Both the position numbers and the translations under genes were made by a program. From NCBI GenBank assembly GCA_028534125.1, contig CM052832.1, forward strand, positions 17,238,001 through 17,302,000: 64,000 nucleotides of DNA, written 5' to 3'. The notes beneath the pieces were generated by a model that saw only the letters and a list, made by a program, of their open reading frames with translations, ran no database searches and had not been told where the DNA came from. This document shows, in pieces, positions 1 through 12,496 of the stretch. The stretch comes from Lama glama (Eukaryota). Positions within the stretch are counted from its first letter, which is position 1, and each line of letters opens with the position of its first letter.

Positions 1-240
1 CAAGAGGTACAAACTTTCAGATATAAAATAATATGACATGGAATGTAATGCATAGTTATTATGCTATGGTGACTATAGTCAATAATACATTGCAAATATG
101 AAAGTTGCCAAGTAGATCTTAAAAGTCTCATCACAAGGAAAAATAAAATGAAACGTTGTATAGTGACAAATGGTAACTAGACTTACTGTGACAACTGAAA
201 ATAATGTAATAATTTTGTCCATTATGCTTCAGTTAAAAAT
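1..240 (+). mobile_element. Old L1 3' end fragment (paralogous to ~30363-30650)
   Basis: Typical L1 3'UTR text (gtacaaactttcag...atggtgactatagtcaataata...gtagatcttaaaagtctcatcacaag); the same junction into unique DNA recurs at ~30650. Confidence 0.75.
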
Positions 241-339
241 CATGGCAATAAAAGAAGTATAAAAATAAAATAAAATTAGTTTCCAGTGTGCTGGGAAATG
301 AGATTATTTTAAAACAAATCTAGCAGTAGAGAAGACTTG

Positions 340-717
340 CCACCAACCTCAATTCAGTAGGTAACTAATTGCACATAAGCATTTCCATGGAGAATTCAGT
401 CCCCAAGGAACTTTTTCTGCTAACTCCTCTGGGACGAGCATAAGGGGACTGTTTGAAAACAATGCCCAGGGGATCTCAGGAATATAATACGAATAGTGCA
501 ACCACAAAGCATTCTTGATATTATCTACTATTGTTTTCCTAATCTGGGCTTTTTTCTTCTTGGCAGTGTTGTATCAATTGAAAAACACACTTCTGAAGCT
601 AATTCTTAAAATACTCATCTGCTTACTACAGTTTCTCTGTCCTCTGAAAATTTGAAAAATTCAGGTGTGTTCCTTCACAATTCCTTTTTATTAAATATTA
701 ATCAAAATAAGGTAAGT
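340..717 (+). promoter_or_regulatory. Putative OR promoter and non-coding exon 1 (orphan duplicate of the OR2N1-like promoter)
   Basis: Homeodomain core TAATTG at 366-371; O/E(EBF)-like motifs ttccatggag, tccccaagga, tcctctggga, cccagggga between ~383 and 473; strong donor AAG|GTAAGT at 711|712; closely similar to 30780-31155. Confidence 0.55.
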
Positions 718-1681
718 AAAAAGACACTTGTTTTTAAAGACTATCCATTCTTAGAGAAGGCTGGAATGTGTGCACATCATAGTACCAAATACGTAGGAAA
801 AGCAAAGAGCATTTCATTTCTAGGAGCCTTTTCTAAAATCTGGAAATAACTAGCTTGTTGGCTATAGAAAGCAACTAGATTTCTCTTCGTAATCAATCTT
901 TCTCAGTCTCTCATTTAAACCAAACTTAAAAGCAGGTAAATTTTAATGAATACTATATCTTACAGATGTTCAATACCTAAATGAAGTATGGAGCCTTCAT
1001 TCAAGCATGTGAAGTTTTCTAACATATGGTCAGAATTTGATGGATTGATTTGTCCACATGTTTCATCCAGACATTTTGATATCAGATAAAAACTTTTCTT
1101 TCTTCTATAATCTTTTCCTATATATAAACTTAAAAATCACTGTAAATATAAATAAAATATTGTGTGGTGAAAATGATGTATAAATAAGATACACCAGAAT
1201 GAAAATGTTAGTGGAAATACAAAGGAGAGGTCAAAAGGAATAGTCTGGCACTTTATTAAAATGACTTTAAATATTCGTAGATAAATAGATCATTACATGG
1301 TGAAATAGTGATGAAAAAACACTGGAAGTAGATCAAAAAAGTAGTGTAAAAAAGTCAAATCCGAGAACTAAAAGTAATGAAATATCATGAAAATGATAAG
1401 GAAAAGTTTAGAGATATTGGAAAGAATTATGCAGCTTAAATATACATCAAAAGTTATTCACAGTAATTAGGACACCTGTTGTGGTATCACCAGGGAAATA
1501 TAGAGAGAAATGAAGGGGGCTCTGGGGTGATCAAAACTCATAAACAAAACTGTACTTATTAAGGTGAATAATAGAAACAAAATCCCAAGTAATAAAAATT
1601 CAATAAAATTGCTGAAAGCATACTTGACTAAACACTATCATTAGAGTTAGAAAAAGTTAATTATGGAAGAATTCATGAAAC

Positions 1682-2500
1682 AACAGGGTTCTATTGTATA
1701 ACACAGAGAACTATATTCAATATCTTGTAATAACTTATAATTTAAAATAATATGAAAATGAATATATATGTACACTGTTGGTGAGTATGTATATTGGTTC
1801 AGCCACCATGAAAGGTAGTATGGACGTTCCTCGAAAAATTAAAGAGAGAACTACCAAATAACCCTACTATCACTATGGAGTATATGTTCAAAGAAAATAA
1901 AAATAGGATATCAAAGAGATATCTATCTACACTGCTATGTTTATTGCAGTATTATTTACAATAGCCAAGATATGGACACAGCCTAAGTGTCTGTCAGTGG
2001 ATGAATGAATAAAGAAGATGTGGTGTATGTATACAATGGAATATTCAGCCATGAGAAAGAAGGAAATCCTACCTTTTGGGCCATGAATGCACCTAGAGGT
2101 CATTTTTCTAGATGAAATAAGTGAGACAGAGCAGGACAAATACTGTATGATATCACTCACAGAGAATAAAACAGTGATGACCAGGGACTTGAGGGTGAAA
2201 GATTTGAGGAGATGCTTTTAAAGGTTACAAACTTGCAACTAGTAAATAAATAAGTCCCAGAGAGCTAATGCACAGCATTATTCTCAATAATACTGTATTT
2301 CAAACTTCAAAGTTGCTAGGAGACTACATCCCAACACATAAGAGAATTACTGAAGGTGATAGAGGTTATTAGCTAACACTATAGAGGTAATCATATTGCA
2401 ATATATAAGTTTATCATATTAATACACTGTACACTTTAAACTTACACAAAGTTATATATCCATTACATCACAATAAAAATTGAAGCAATAAATTTTAAAA
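1682..2500 (+). mobile_element. L1 3' fragments (ORF2 end and 3'UTR)
   Basis: L1 motifs tttattgcagtattatttacaatagccaagatatgga...cctaagtgtctgtcagtggatgaatgaataaag; ends with aataaaaa near 2473. Confidence 0.8.
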
Positions 2501-3099
2501 AGTAAATATTGGTGTTGTCCATGAAGTGGCTGAGTAGTTTCCTTTTCTATTTGAGATATGTCTCAGAAAAGTCATTAACTATTTAAATAACTAACAATAC
2601 ACAAAACACTTTCACAGACATCTCATTGGAAACAAAGATTTTATAGTTATAGGAGGAAAATATGAGATGTGTTTCTTTAAAATATTTAATAAAGGATTGA
2701 CATATGTCCTATCATCTAAGACACTCCCTTGAATATATTAGCTATAGCTATCCATACTTTTAACATGCAGTTGCTACTGAATTATTAATTGTTATTAACA
2801 TAATATCTGGTAAAAGAACCTGAAAACCAAATGTGCTAATGATTCTTATTGGCAACTTCTCTGCCCAAACTTATATTTTTAATTCCATGACTTAGATGAA
2901 GTCAGTGGTTCAGTTTTATTAAGAACAGTTATTTCTAAACTGATAATTATTATGATCTCCCTCCAAAATTCCATAATGGTATCAAATACATAGATTTTTT
3001 ATCCTAACCCTTTGATTTTGCATTAACTATGAATACCAAATTTAAAAGATTTTGTAATGTATAGAAATATTAAAACACTATGTTGTTCACCAGGAACTA

Positions 3100-3540
3100 A
3101 CATAGTATAGGTCAGTTATGCTTTAAAAACAAACAAGCAAAGAAACAACAAACTCATAGAAAAAGAAATCAGATTTGTGATCACCAGAGACAAGAGATGG
3201 GGAGAGGAGGAACTGGATAAACATAATCAAAAGATACAAGGTACTTCCAGTTATAAGATAAATAAGTAGTAGGGTTGTAATGTACAACGTGTTTAAGATA
3301 ATTAACACTGATGTACGTAATATACGAAGTTGTCTAAAAAGAAAATCCTAAAAGTTCTCACCACAAGGAAAAACTTTTTTCTTTTTCTTTTATTTTATAT
3401 CTATGTGAAATGATGGATATTCATTAAACTTACGTATAATCATTTCATGATGTATGTTAGTCAAATTATTATACTGTAAACCTTAGATTTATACAGTGCT
3501 CTATGTCAATTATATCTCAATAAAACTGGAAGAGAAAAGC
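3100..3540 (+). mobile_element. L1 3'UTR fragment
   Basis: caaaagatacaaggtacttccagttataagataaataag...tgtcaattatatctcaataaaactgga. Confidence 0.75.
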
Positions 3541-3684
3541 AAAATATTATGTTTTCTTTCATACTCTCCTTCTGGCTAAAATTTTATCCTACCTTTTAAT
3601 ACTTTGCTGGTATTAGCCTGAAAATTAAAATAGAGTATTCATCTGTTTTTGTCCTAATTTTTCAGTTCGCAAAAATAATCAACA

Positions 3685-4782
3685 AGTAAATTGTATATAT
3701 ATAAAGTGTACAATGTGGTGGTTTGACATATGAGTACTTTGTGAAACGTTCACCACTTTCTAGTTAATTAATTCATTCATCATCTCATATACTTACCTTT
3801 TGTTGTGGGGTAAGGATATTTAAAGTCTATTCTCTAGAAAATTTCAAAAATACAACATATTACTATTATCTATAGTCACTATGTTATACATAGTTCACAA
3901 GAGCTGATTCATCTTATAACTAAAGGCCTGTACCCTCTGACCAGCATCTCCCTGTTCATCCTCCACACTACACCAGGTCCTGGTAACCAGCATTCTACAC
4001 TGTTTCTATGAGTTTGACTTTTCTTAAAATATTACACATATTAGTGATATCTTACAGTATTTGTCTTTCTCTGACTGACTAATTTAACTTAGAATAATGT
4101 CCTCTAGGGTCATCTATGTTGTTTTAAATGGCAGAATTTACTTCTTTCTCATGGTTGAATAGCATTATATCACATCAATTGTCTTATCTATTAATTTATC
4201 AACGGACACTTTGGTTGTTTCTATTTTTTGTCAACTGTGTATAATGCTGCAATCTTGGGAGCACAGGTGTCTCTTCAAGATAGTGATTTTGTTTCTTTAG
4301 ATATTTTGCCAAAGTAGAATTGCTGAATCATATGGAAGTTCTATTTTCAATTGTTTGAGGAACTTTTACACTATTTTCCATAGTGGCCAAGTCTATTCAC
4401 ATTCCCACTAACAGTGCACAAGTATTCTCTTTTCACCATATACTCACCATTATTTGTTATATTTGTTCTTTTGATACTAACCATTCTGGCAGGTATGAGG
4501 TGACATCTCATTGTGGTTTTGATTTTTTTCCCTGATGATTAGTGACGTTGACCACCTTTTTTATACCTGTTGACCATTTGTATGTCTTCCTTGGAAAAAT
4601 ATCTATTCAGGTCTTTTCCCCATTATTTACTTGGATTATTTGGCTTTTTTCCATTAAGTGGTATGAGTTCCTTATATACTTTAGATGTTAACCTTTCATC
4701 AGATGTATGGTTTGCAAACATTTTCTTCCATTGTATAGGCTGTCTTTTTGTTTTATTGATAGCTTCCTTTGCTGTGCAACTG
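3685..4782 (-). mobile_element. 5'-truncated L1, antisense
   Basis: Reverse-strand L1 ORF2 end/3'UTR (acattcccactaacagtgcaca, tgtggttttgattt, tccttggaaaaatatctattcaggtc); ORF 4623-4859(-) gives ORF2-like CTAKEAINKTKRQPIQWKKMFANHTSD. Confidence 0.85.
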
Positions 4783-4811
4783 TAAGTCTTAAGCCTCACT
4801 TTAAAGATGAG

Positions 4812-5735
4812 GGGAAATAAATAGAACAAAAAATAAATAGAAAAGGTTAATGAAACCAAGGGCTGTTTTTTTAAAAGATAAACAAAATTGATAAGCCTTT
4901 ACCCAGGCTCATTAATAAAAAAAGAACGAAGACTCAAATAAAATAAGAAATGATAGAGGAGAAATTACAACCGATATCAGAGAAATACAAACAATCCTAA
5001 GAGAATACTATCAACAGTTATATGCTAACAAATTGGACAATCTAGAAAAAATAGATGAATTCCTAGAAACATACAGTCTTTGAAGACTGAGTCAGGAAGA
5101 AGTAAATAATCTGAACAGACCAATTACTATTAAGTCAGTAATTCAATTTGAATCAGTAATCAAAAAATTACCAACAAACAAAAGTCCAGGACTGACAGCT
5201 TCACAGAGGAATTCTACCAAATAAAGGAGGATTAATACTTACTCTTCTCAAACTATTCCAAAAAAATTGAACAGGAAGGAATATTTCCAGATTCATTCTG
5301 TGAGGCCACAATTACCCTGACACCAAACCAAAGACACGAAAGACACAAAAGACAGAAAGACAGAAAGGAAGACAGAAAGGAAGGAAGGAAGGAAGGACAG
5401 AAGGATGAAAGGACGAAAGAAAGGATGAAAGGATGAAAGTACGAAAGGATGAAAGAAAGAAAGGAAGAAAGGAAGAAGGAAGGAAGGAAGAAGGAAGGAA
5501 GGAAGAAGGAAGGAAGGAAGAAGGAAGGAAGGGAAGAAAAAGAAAGAAAGAAAAGAAAGGGAGGAAGAAAGGAAGAAAAATTACAGGCCAACGTCCTTGA
5601 TCAATATATATGCAAAAATTCTCAAAAAAATATTAGCAAGCCAAATTCAACAATATATTAAAAAACCACACACCATAATCAAGTGGAATTTATTCCAGGA
5701 ATGGAAGGAGGATTCAATATCTGCAAATCAAATGC
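4812..5735 (+). mobile_element. Internal L1 ORF2 fragment with no 3' tail, interrupted by a purine microsatellite
   Basis: ORF2 text aaagataaacaaaattgataagcc...gaattctaccaa...caagtggaatttattccaggaatg; absent from the paralogous site near 37665. Confidence 0.85.
5335..5580. repeat. Compound purine-rich microsatellite (GACA/GGAT/GGAA, 15-mer AAGAAGGAAGGAAGG units)
   Basis: Directly visible low-complexity tract. Confidence 0.95.
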
Positions 5736-7665
5736 CATTTTTAATTGGCAAAATTCGTGATTCATTCTGATTATTTTTAATTTGATTTTTAAGGCTTCAA
5801 GGATTTGGAGTTCTTCAAATAATGTCATTTATATTTTGGTATTTTTCTCTGTCAAGAGCCTTTAAAGCAGCATAAGTCAATTTCTTTAAGGCTTCTTTTC
5901 ACGGATTATTGGGTGGCATTCATTTTCTGATGTTTTCATTTTATGAGTTCTAAATGCTTATTATTCATTTTATCTTCTCCAATTACAGAAAGAAATATTT
6001 GTCTATTTCTCACTCAGAGATATGGCTGACTTTTTTAACACTTGTTCAAAATTTCCATATATTTTATACACACCGTTTCCTCAAATTGTCATCCTACCCT
6101 TAAGATTATTTTGCAAGCACTTTAGGTTTTCCTGAAGATTGAAATGCTCAGCCTGATCATATACTATTTTGCTCTTAAGTTATTTTTTATTCTACTGAAA
6201 TAGTAAGATTATTTTGGCATCATTTTCTTGGGATTTAAAGGACTTGGACACATCTTGTCACAGATTCCTCACTCTAAAGTTAGCAATCAACCCATTTTGA
6301 GCGTAAGACTTCATTACTCTCTATTCTTATTGTTAGTTTCTATTTTAAACTCAAATTTCCTATAGACTAAGAAATCTTTTTCTCAAGGCTTGATTCCATT
6401 AAAGATAATTTGGGTCTTTATATTATTTTTTAATCAGCCTAATCTATCAATAACTTTACATTTGTTTCAACTGGATAAGAAAATCTTACGGTAATCTCTT
6501 TTTTCTTATTTGCATAAAGTGATCTTTTAATGTTAAAAAATAAATAAATAAAGCTACACTTACCACCAACACTTAAGTTAAGACTTTTGATCTTGTTTGA
6601 GCTGCATGCCCCCTAGCAACACTGACATGGCCTCACTTCTCCAGGACTTGTATAAGTAGAAATTTGTAGCAGTGGCATGTCTTCCTTAGCACCAGATCTG
6701 CCTCAGGTTGCCAGGACCCTTCTATTCCACAACAGACTGGAAAGAACACTAAGAACATTTTCCTTGGAACTAAATCAGCACCTAACATCCAAGAGAGACC
6801 ATCAGCTGGGTAGCAGGGGGGAAAGATAGAAAATGCTTCCCAAATATCTTCATTTATAGCACATATAAGGTGGAAATGTGCAAGATTACGCTTGTCCAGA
6901 GGACATTGACTATAGGGACTCTTCCCTTCCTAGGCCCTACCTAACAACTGCAAAGTCCAAGAGAATGAGTATCTTTTCACACATGTATAATTCAAGCATC
7001 ACTGTTTAAGAAGCTTGGTGGTTAAGAACGTATATGCCCACATTAATAGTCAATGTTCTCTTAATGCAAACTTATCTTTCAGGGACCCACTAGGTCTAAT
7101 CGTCAAAAAAAAAAAATCAGATTCCTGCCCTCAGCAACCAATCTCTGTTTCATATTAGGTTAGATTACAAGTATAATCACGCAGAGTTGAATTCTCATTG
7201 TCATAGTTTATCAGCCTGGATTTCAAATGTGAAAATTCATGAAGAGCCAAGGTAATTGGAAAAGTCTTCAAATTTCAAGGATTTATACTGCTATTATAAA
7301 TGGCTCCCCAAAGCCATACTTAGTCACTATTTTTTAGTGTTGCCCCATTCTCAAGTACAATACAAAACCTTCTATTTCTTGGAAGAGTAAAGGAATGTAA
7401 TATTCTAACTAATGAAATACTTGTCAACATATTACCATGTCTTGGTTTTGTCTATGCCATACATTTCTGCAGAGCTGTTCATTAGGAAACCTTACTTCTC
7501 TGTTTATAGGTGTGGTCATGTGGCCTAAGACAAGCAAATTAGTCCTCCTTTCCTAAGGGAAAGTCTGAGATTAGCCAAGATCATCTTATTAAAACGACAG
7601 ATGATACAATATATGTAAATACATATGGTAAAAAGGAAAGCTATTCCTTCCAGTAGAACGCCAAC

Positions 7666-8105
7666 TGTGTTAGTTTCCTATTGCTGCTCTAACATATTAC
7701 CACATAATTAGTGGCTTAAAACAACACAAAATTTTACTTCCTTAGGGTTCTAGAGATAAAAATACTAAAATAGGTACACAACGCTGTGTTCTTCTCCAGA
7801 CATTAGGAGAGAATCTATTTCCTGTTCTTTTCCAGCTTCTAGAGGCTACCTATATTCCCTTCTTCCATGTTTAAAGTCAGAAACACAGTATCTTGTCTCC
7901 TTTTTGACTTCCTACCTCCCTCTTATAAGAACGCTTGGTCCACTTGGATAATTCAGGTTAATCTCCCCATCTCAATATTCAAAACTTAATTATATCTGTA
8001 GAAGTTCTTATACCATGTGAGACAATATATAATTACAGGTCCCAAGGATTAGGAATGTGGAAATCTTGAGAAAAGTGAAAAAGGAGGCCTTATTTACCTA
8101 TCAGA
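7666..8105 (-). mobile_element. MaLR (MLT1-type) solo LTR
   Basis: Begins tgtgttagtttcctattgctgctctaaca...agtggcttaaaacaacac, with cttctagaggct and ggattagga; flanked by caact on both sides (possible 5-bp TSD). Confidence 0.75.
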
Positions 8106-8147
8106 TCAACTAATAAATGTGTAAGAAATGATGGAACTTTATTTTTT

Positions 8148-8500
8148 TGCCTTTTATTGAAATAGAGTTGTCATAAAAATTATTTTAGTTTCAGTGTACA
8201 ACACAGTGATTTGCATTTGCATACACTATGAAATTATCACCACAGTAAGTCTAGTAACCATCTGTCCCTAAACAGTTATTACAATATCACTGGCCATATT
8301 GCTTATGCTGTATATTACTTTCCCATGGTTTGTTTACCTTCCAGCTGGAGGTTTGTACCTCTTAAGCCCCTTCACCTGTTTAGCTCCCCTTCTGGCAACC
8401 ACCCATTTGTTCCCTTTATCTATGAGTCTGTTTTCATTTTATTTTGTTTGCTTGTTTTGTCTTTTAGGTTCCACATATAAATGAGATCATAGGGTATTTC
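8148..8500 (-). mobile_element. L1 3' end, antisense
   Basis: T-rich tail, then ttagtttcagtgtacaacacagtgatt...ttttaggttccacatataaatgagatcat. Confidence 0.8.
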
Positions 8501-8849
8501 TCCTGCACTTCTGAGAGACAACAAGAAGAGATAATCGCGAAGTGTGCTTAGGAAATGTGCTGCACAGGAATAGGTATGAGATGAAGTGGACAGAGACTGG
8601 AAAACATCCGTCTGGATGGGGAGTAGAAATTTACCCGAGTAAAGAAAGAGCTGATGCTTCAGCACATTTAGCATCTATTATTAACTGAGAAAAGGCTAGC
8701 TTCATTGTTTGTTCTTCAGTAAAGCTGCCTGTGACCCAAATTCGTATGTGTTGTGTAAATGTCACTTGAGTAAACATTGGTTTGATGTTTAGGGTTGGCA
8801 ATGGTAGGATCTCAGACCTTCTAGTTTACCTTTGGGTGTTGGTCATAAC

Positions 8850-9030
8850 AAGGGGCTTCAGAGCTAAAACCTATTTCCATTACCCTGCTTTTGTCACATA
8901 CACATGGTTATAGCCTAGGTAAGCCACATGTCTTTTTCCCTTCAGTTTTCTCCTCTGCAAAGTGGGGAAAAAAACACACACCTATCATACTATCTGTGAT
9001 AAAATTGCATAAGGTTTGTGTAAGTGGTTT
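8850..9030 (+). mobile_element. Degenerate MIR SINE
   Basis: MIR core-like ggtaagccac...ttcagttttctcctctgcaaagtgggg; paralog at ~41690-41800. Confidence 0.5.
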
Positions 9031-10870
9031 TAAAGATACAAAATGATGAACAATAATATCTGTGTTATTCTTGGGGGAAAGTTTTGGTAACTGATCTTTG
9101 TTTTAGGTTAAAAAGTAAGTAGAATATCATGGTAAGGTGGCTAGGATTCAGTATTACATAAGCACAATTATAGCATCCCAAGAAAAATAGTCCACACATA
9201 TTAAAAGATATTTATATGTTTTACAAGCAGAAAAGGAAGAAAATAGATGGGAAATTTCAAATTTATTTGAAGTTAGATAGTGAGAGACTAGTGTACTACA
9301 AGAGGTATCCCAAACAATAAGATTTCCATAAGTAGATGGTTCAGAGAAGTAAGCTATGTGTTTTTAAAGTTTTTAAAATTGTTTCTCTGTGATGGCTCAC
9401 ACAAGGTGACCCTAAATGTTGACTAGAAGTTACTGTATATACATGATTCTTGATTCTGCATTTCTTGGAAAGTAGGTTAAAGACAAATGGAAATACCCCA
9501 TTCATTTTATTGTTTACGTCTAGTTGAAGATAAAGAAAAAATCACGGGCACACAGAGAAGACAAAAACATCAGAATCTGTGTAATTGCAAGGCACACAGG
9601 AACTGAGGGGCAGTTTGGGGATGTATTTTATACTTTAGGGAATAGGGTTTGAATCAGTCATATCCAAACTTTAAAAACCTCAAAAACTACAACTGACATT
9701 TGGATTACCATACAAAACTCAGGTACCTGTTGCCCAGATTTTACTTTGAATTATTCTTCAGCCTTATTCCACTATATGTGTTACACACATAGCGCAGTTA
9801 TTTCAGATGAGGGTGGTGTAATAATATAGGTAACAAAATTATCATTTTCATGAAAAATACATTTCTTTACTTGGAAAATATGTATTGATTTTCATAACAG
9901 ATTTATTAATGACAAATATTCAAACTTAAACAGAAAAAACTAACATTTTTTCATGCAGCTTTTACCACAAATTTTTCCAATATATTTTCAAGAAATTCTT
10001 TCAAATACCCATTGGACTTATCAAATAACTTTCAGAGCCTAGTACTCAGATGCCTCAGATATTCCGTACTGCTTCTTAGGTTATGCAGGTGCTCCAAGTC
10101 CTTACTGCACCTAACAATACCTAGCCTACGATGACCATTGCTTTACAAGCTATATAACAGAGTTTTATAAGTATTTTCATCTACTTTACACTGCTCACTG
10201 CTTTGAAAAATAAGAAATATAAGAAGCTTACTTCTGCTTAATTATTTAAGAGGCTTTCTTGCTATGATTCATAGAAGCTTTTTTTTTACTATTGATAATG
10301 GAATAATAAACAATATAGACCAAAGTTCTTCTCAATATTAACTACTTTCAAAAAAGAGTAACAGTGTTGAAGAAAGGACTTAAGGTATTTCACTATGCCT
10401 GTAATTAAACCAAAGAAGACAAATTTTATGATGAATCCTGCATAAAAAGCAAGAAATTAAAAGACCTATTCTAGGTTTTTGAAAAATTAAGAATATCATA
10501 TTTCCATAGGAATTACAACCTGCACTTTTATCCATTTTTGCAACAAATTCCATGCTTAATTTTAAATTAGAAAAGGATATTTCTGTTTTATTAGGTATTT
10601 ACCACTGAAGACATTTAATATTGGTGTTTAATCTTGATTTCACAGGGTTGTTCTCTAAACCAGAGAGTGATTGGTATTTAGGCAGACTGTGTTTAATTCA
10701 TGTTTGCTACCACAAACTCTGTGACCTCATGAGAGCACATGATCAATAAGTGCTGACAGAGGGAGTGAATCAAAGAGTGGTTGATGAATGGATGGTGGAT
10801 GAATGGATGGTGGAGGAACCATTGGTGAAGAGATGCTCCATTATATGGTTAATGTCACAAGTATAGGGGC

Positions 10871-11803
10871 TCACTCTTGCCCCATTAATCTCTTTACTGC
10901 CCCTCTTACATCTCTGTTTCTGAGGGTGTAGATTAGAGGGTTGAGGCTAGGTGTGACAACAGTATAAAACAGGGCAATGAACTTGCCCTGATCATGAGGC
11001 TTTCCTGATGGTGGCTGGAGATATATGCACATGGCTGGAATGAAACAGAGGGATACAACCATAAGATGGGCTCCACATGTGCCAAAGACTTTCTGAAGTC
11101 CAGTTGTTGACTGCATCCTCAGTACAGCCTGGGCAATGGCACCATAGGAACTAAGAATGAGGATGAGAGGTATGAGAACAAAAATGGAGCTCATGACCAT
11201 GAGGGTCAGCTCGTTGGCACGGGTATCAACGCATGACAGTCGCAGCAGTGCTGGAACTTCACAGAAGAAATGATCCACTTGGCGATGTCCACACAGGGGT
11301 ACCCAGAAGGTAAACGAGGAATGAAGTGCTGAGGTGGTAAAACCACTCACCCAACAAGCTGCAGCCAATATATGGCATAAGCGAGGGTGCATGAGGACAG
11401 TGTAATGCAAGGGTCTACATACAGCTGCATAACGGTCATAGGACATCACCACCAGTAGCACACATTCTGTGGTTCCCAGTGCAAGGGAAAAGTAAAGCTG
11501 AATCATGCAACCAGAGTAAGAGATGGTTTTCTCTGGGCCCCAGAGGTTGACAAGCAACTGAGGGATGGAGCTGGTGGTATAGCAGAGATCCAGAAAAGAG
11601 AGGTTTGAGAGGAAGAAATACATGGGTGTGTGGAGATGGGAGTCCAAGTATGACAAGATAATGATGAACAGGTTGCCTACCAATGTCATCAAGTAGAACA
11701 TCAAGATAACCACAAAGAGAACAAATTCGAGATGAGGCCAATTAGAAAAACCCAGTAGAACAAAGTAGCCTTCAGAACTTGAATTGATTTTTTCCATTGC
11801 CAT
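10871..11803 (-). CDS. OR2J3: Olfactory receptor, OR2J subfamily (OR2J3/OR2J2-like), copy A; intact, 310 aa
   Basis: Single-exon 7TM ORF with OR motifs [58 protein letters not shown]; closely resembles human OR2J3/OR2J2 as recalled; acceptor ttcctcag| ends at 11818. Exact ortholog uncertain. Confidence 0.93.
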   Translation of the reverse strand: MAMEKINSSSEGYFVLLGFSNWPHLEFVLFVVILMFYLMTLVGNLFIIILSYLDSHLHTPMYFFLSNLSFLDLCYTTSSIPQLLVNLWGPEKTISYSGCMIQLYFSLALGTTECVLLVVMSYDRYAAVCRPLHYTVLMHPRLCHILAAACWVSGFTTSALHSSFTFWVPLCGHRQVDHFFCEVPALLRLSCVDTRANELTLMVMSSIFVLIPLILILSSYGAIAQAVLRMQSTTGLQKVFGTCGAHLMVVSLCFIPAMCIYLQPPSGKPHDQGKFIALFYTVVTPSLNPLIYTLRNRDVRGAVKRLMGQE

Positions 11804-11989
11804 TCATTTCTTTTTACCTGAGGAAAGATTCACATACATTCAAAAAAAAAATGAACACTCTCCCAGAACCATAGAAACACATAAAAAAATTAACAAGTAA
11901 CAGAAGCCAGTTTGAAGGACTTGACACTGTTCAATTCTAGGTCAGTTTGGAAATTAAAAGATACCATGATACTAATGAATTGAAAGCAA

Positions 11990-12496
11990 TAAGGATCTAT
12001 AAGCTCATACCAATAAATAAATAAGAATAAGTAAGTAAATAATTTATTTAAATAAATTAGATAGAAAAGAAAGCTATTCCTGTCAGCAGGATCATAATTA
12101 ATACATATAGAAGGAATGGCAGAGTTAGAAGAATATGAATGGATGCTAAAAACTAGTGAATGAATATGAGAAATGGGATATTTACATGGTCTATAATATC
12201 TCTCCACAAATTACTTCTTAATTGAAAAATTAAAAGCAGTAAACTTTACAGTATAAAAATTTGGTGGACATCACCACAGCAAAGTAATCAGTGTTAGCAC
12301 CACCGTTATCGAGACAAACCAACATCATGTGACTACTGATATGACGCTCTGCACAGGACAAAATGTCATTTCAGTTATATTCCTGTCAAAAATACACAGC
12401 CTGATTCTAATAATGAAGAAATGTGAAACAAACTCACAGTGAGAGAAGTTGGACAAAATAGCTGGCCTGCACTCTTCAAGAATATCAGTGGCTGCA
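11990..12496 (+). mobile_element. Ancient L1 (L1MC/MD/ME-type) 3' region within the OR2J intron
   Basis: gaatggatgctaaaaactagtg...ggacatcaccac...aaccaacatcatgtga...cctgattctaataatgaagaaa; shared with copies B and C. Confidence 0.6.

Noticed and set aside
5253..5661. 112-aa and 70-aa low-complexity ORFs
   Set aside because: Translations of the purine microsatellite and flanking L1.
11436..11741. Alternative-frame ORF (MASS...) recurring in all OR2J copies
   Set aside because: Its length varies (101, 91, 64 aa) and the recurrence is explained by CDS paralogy.
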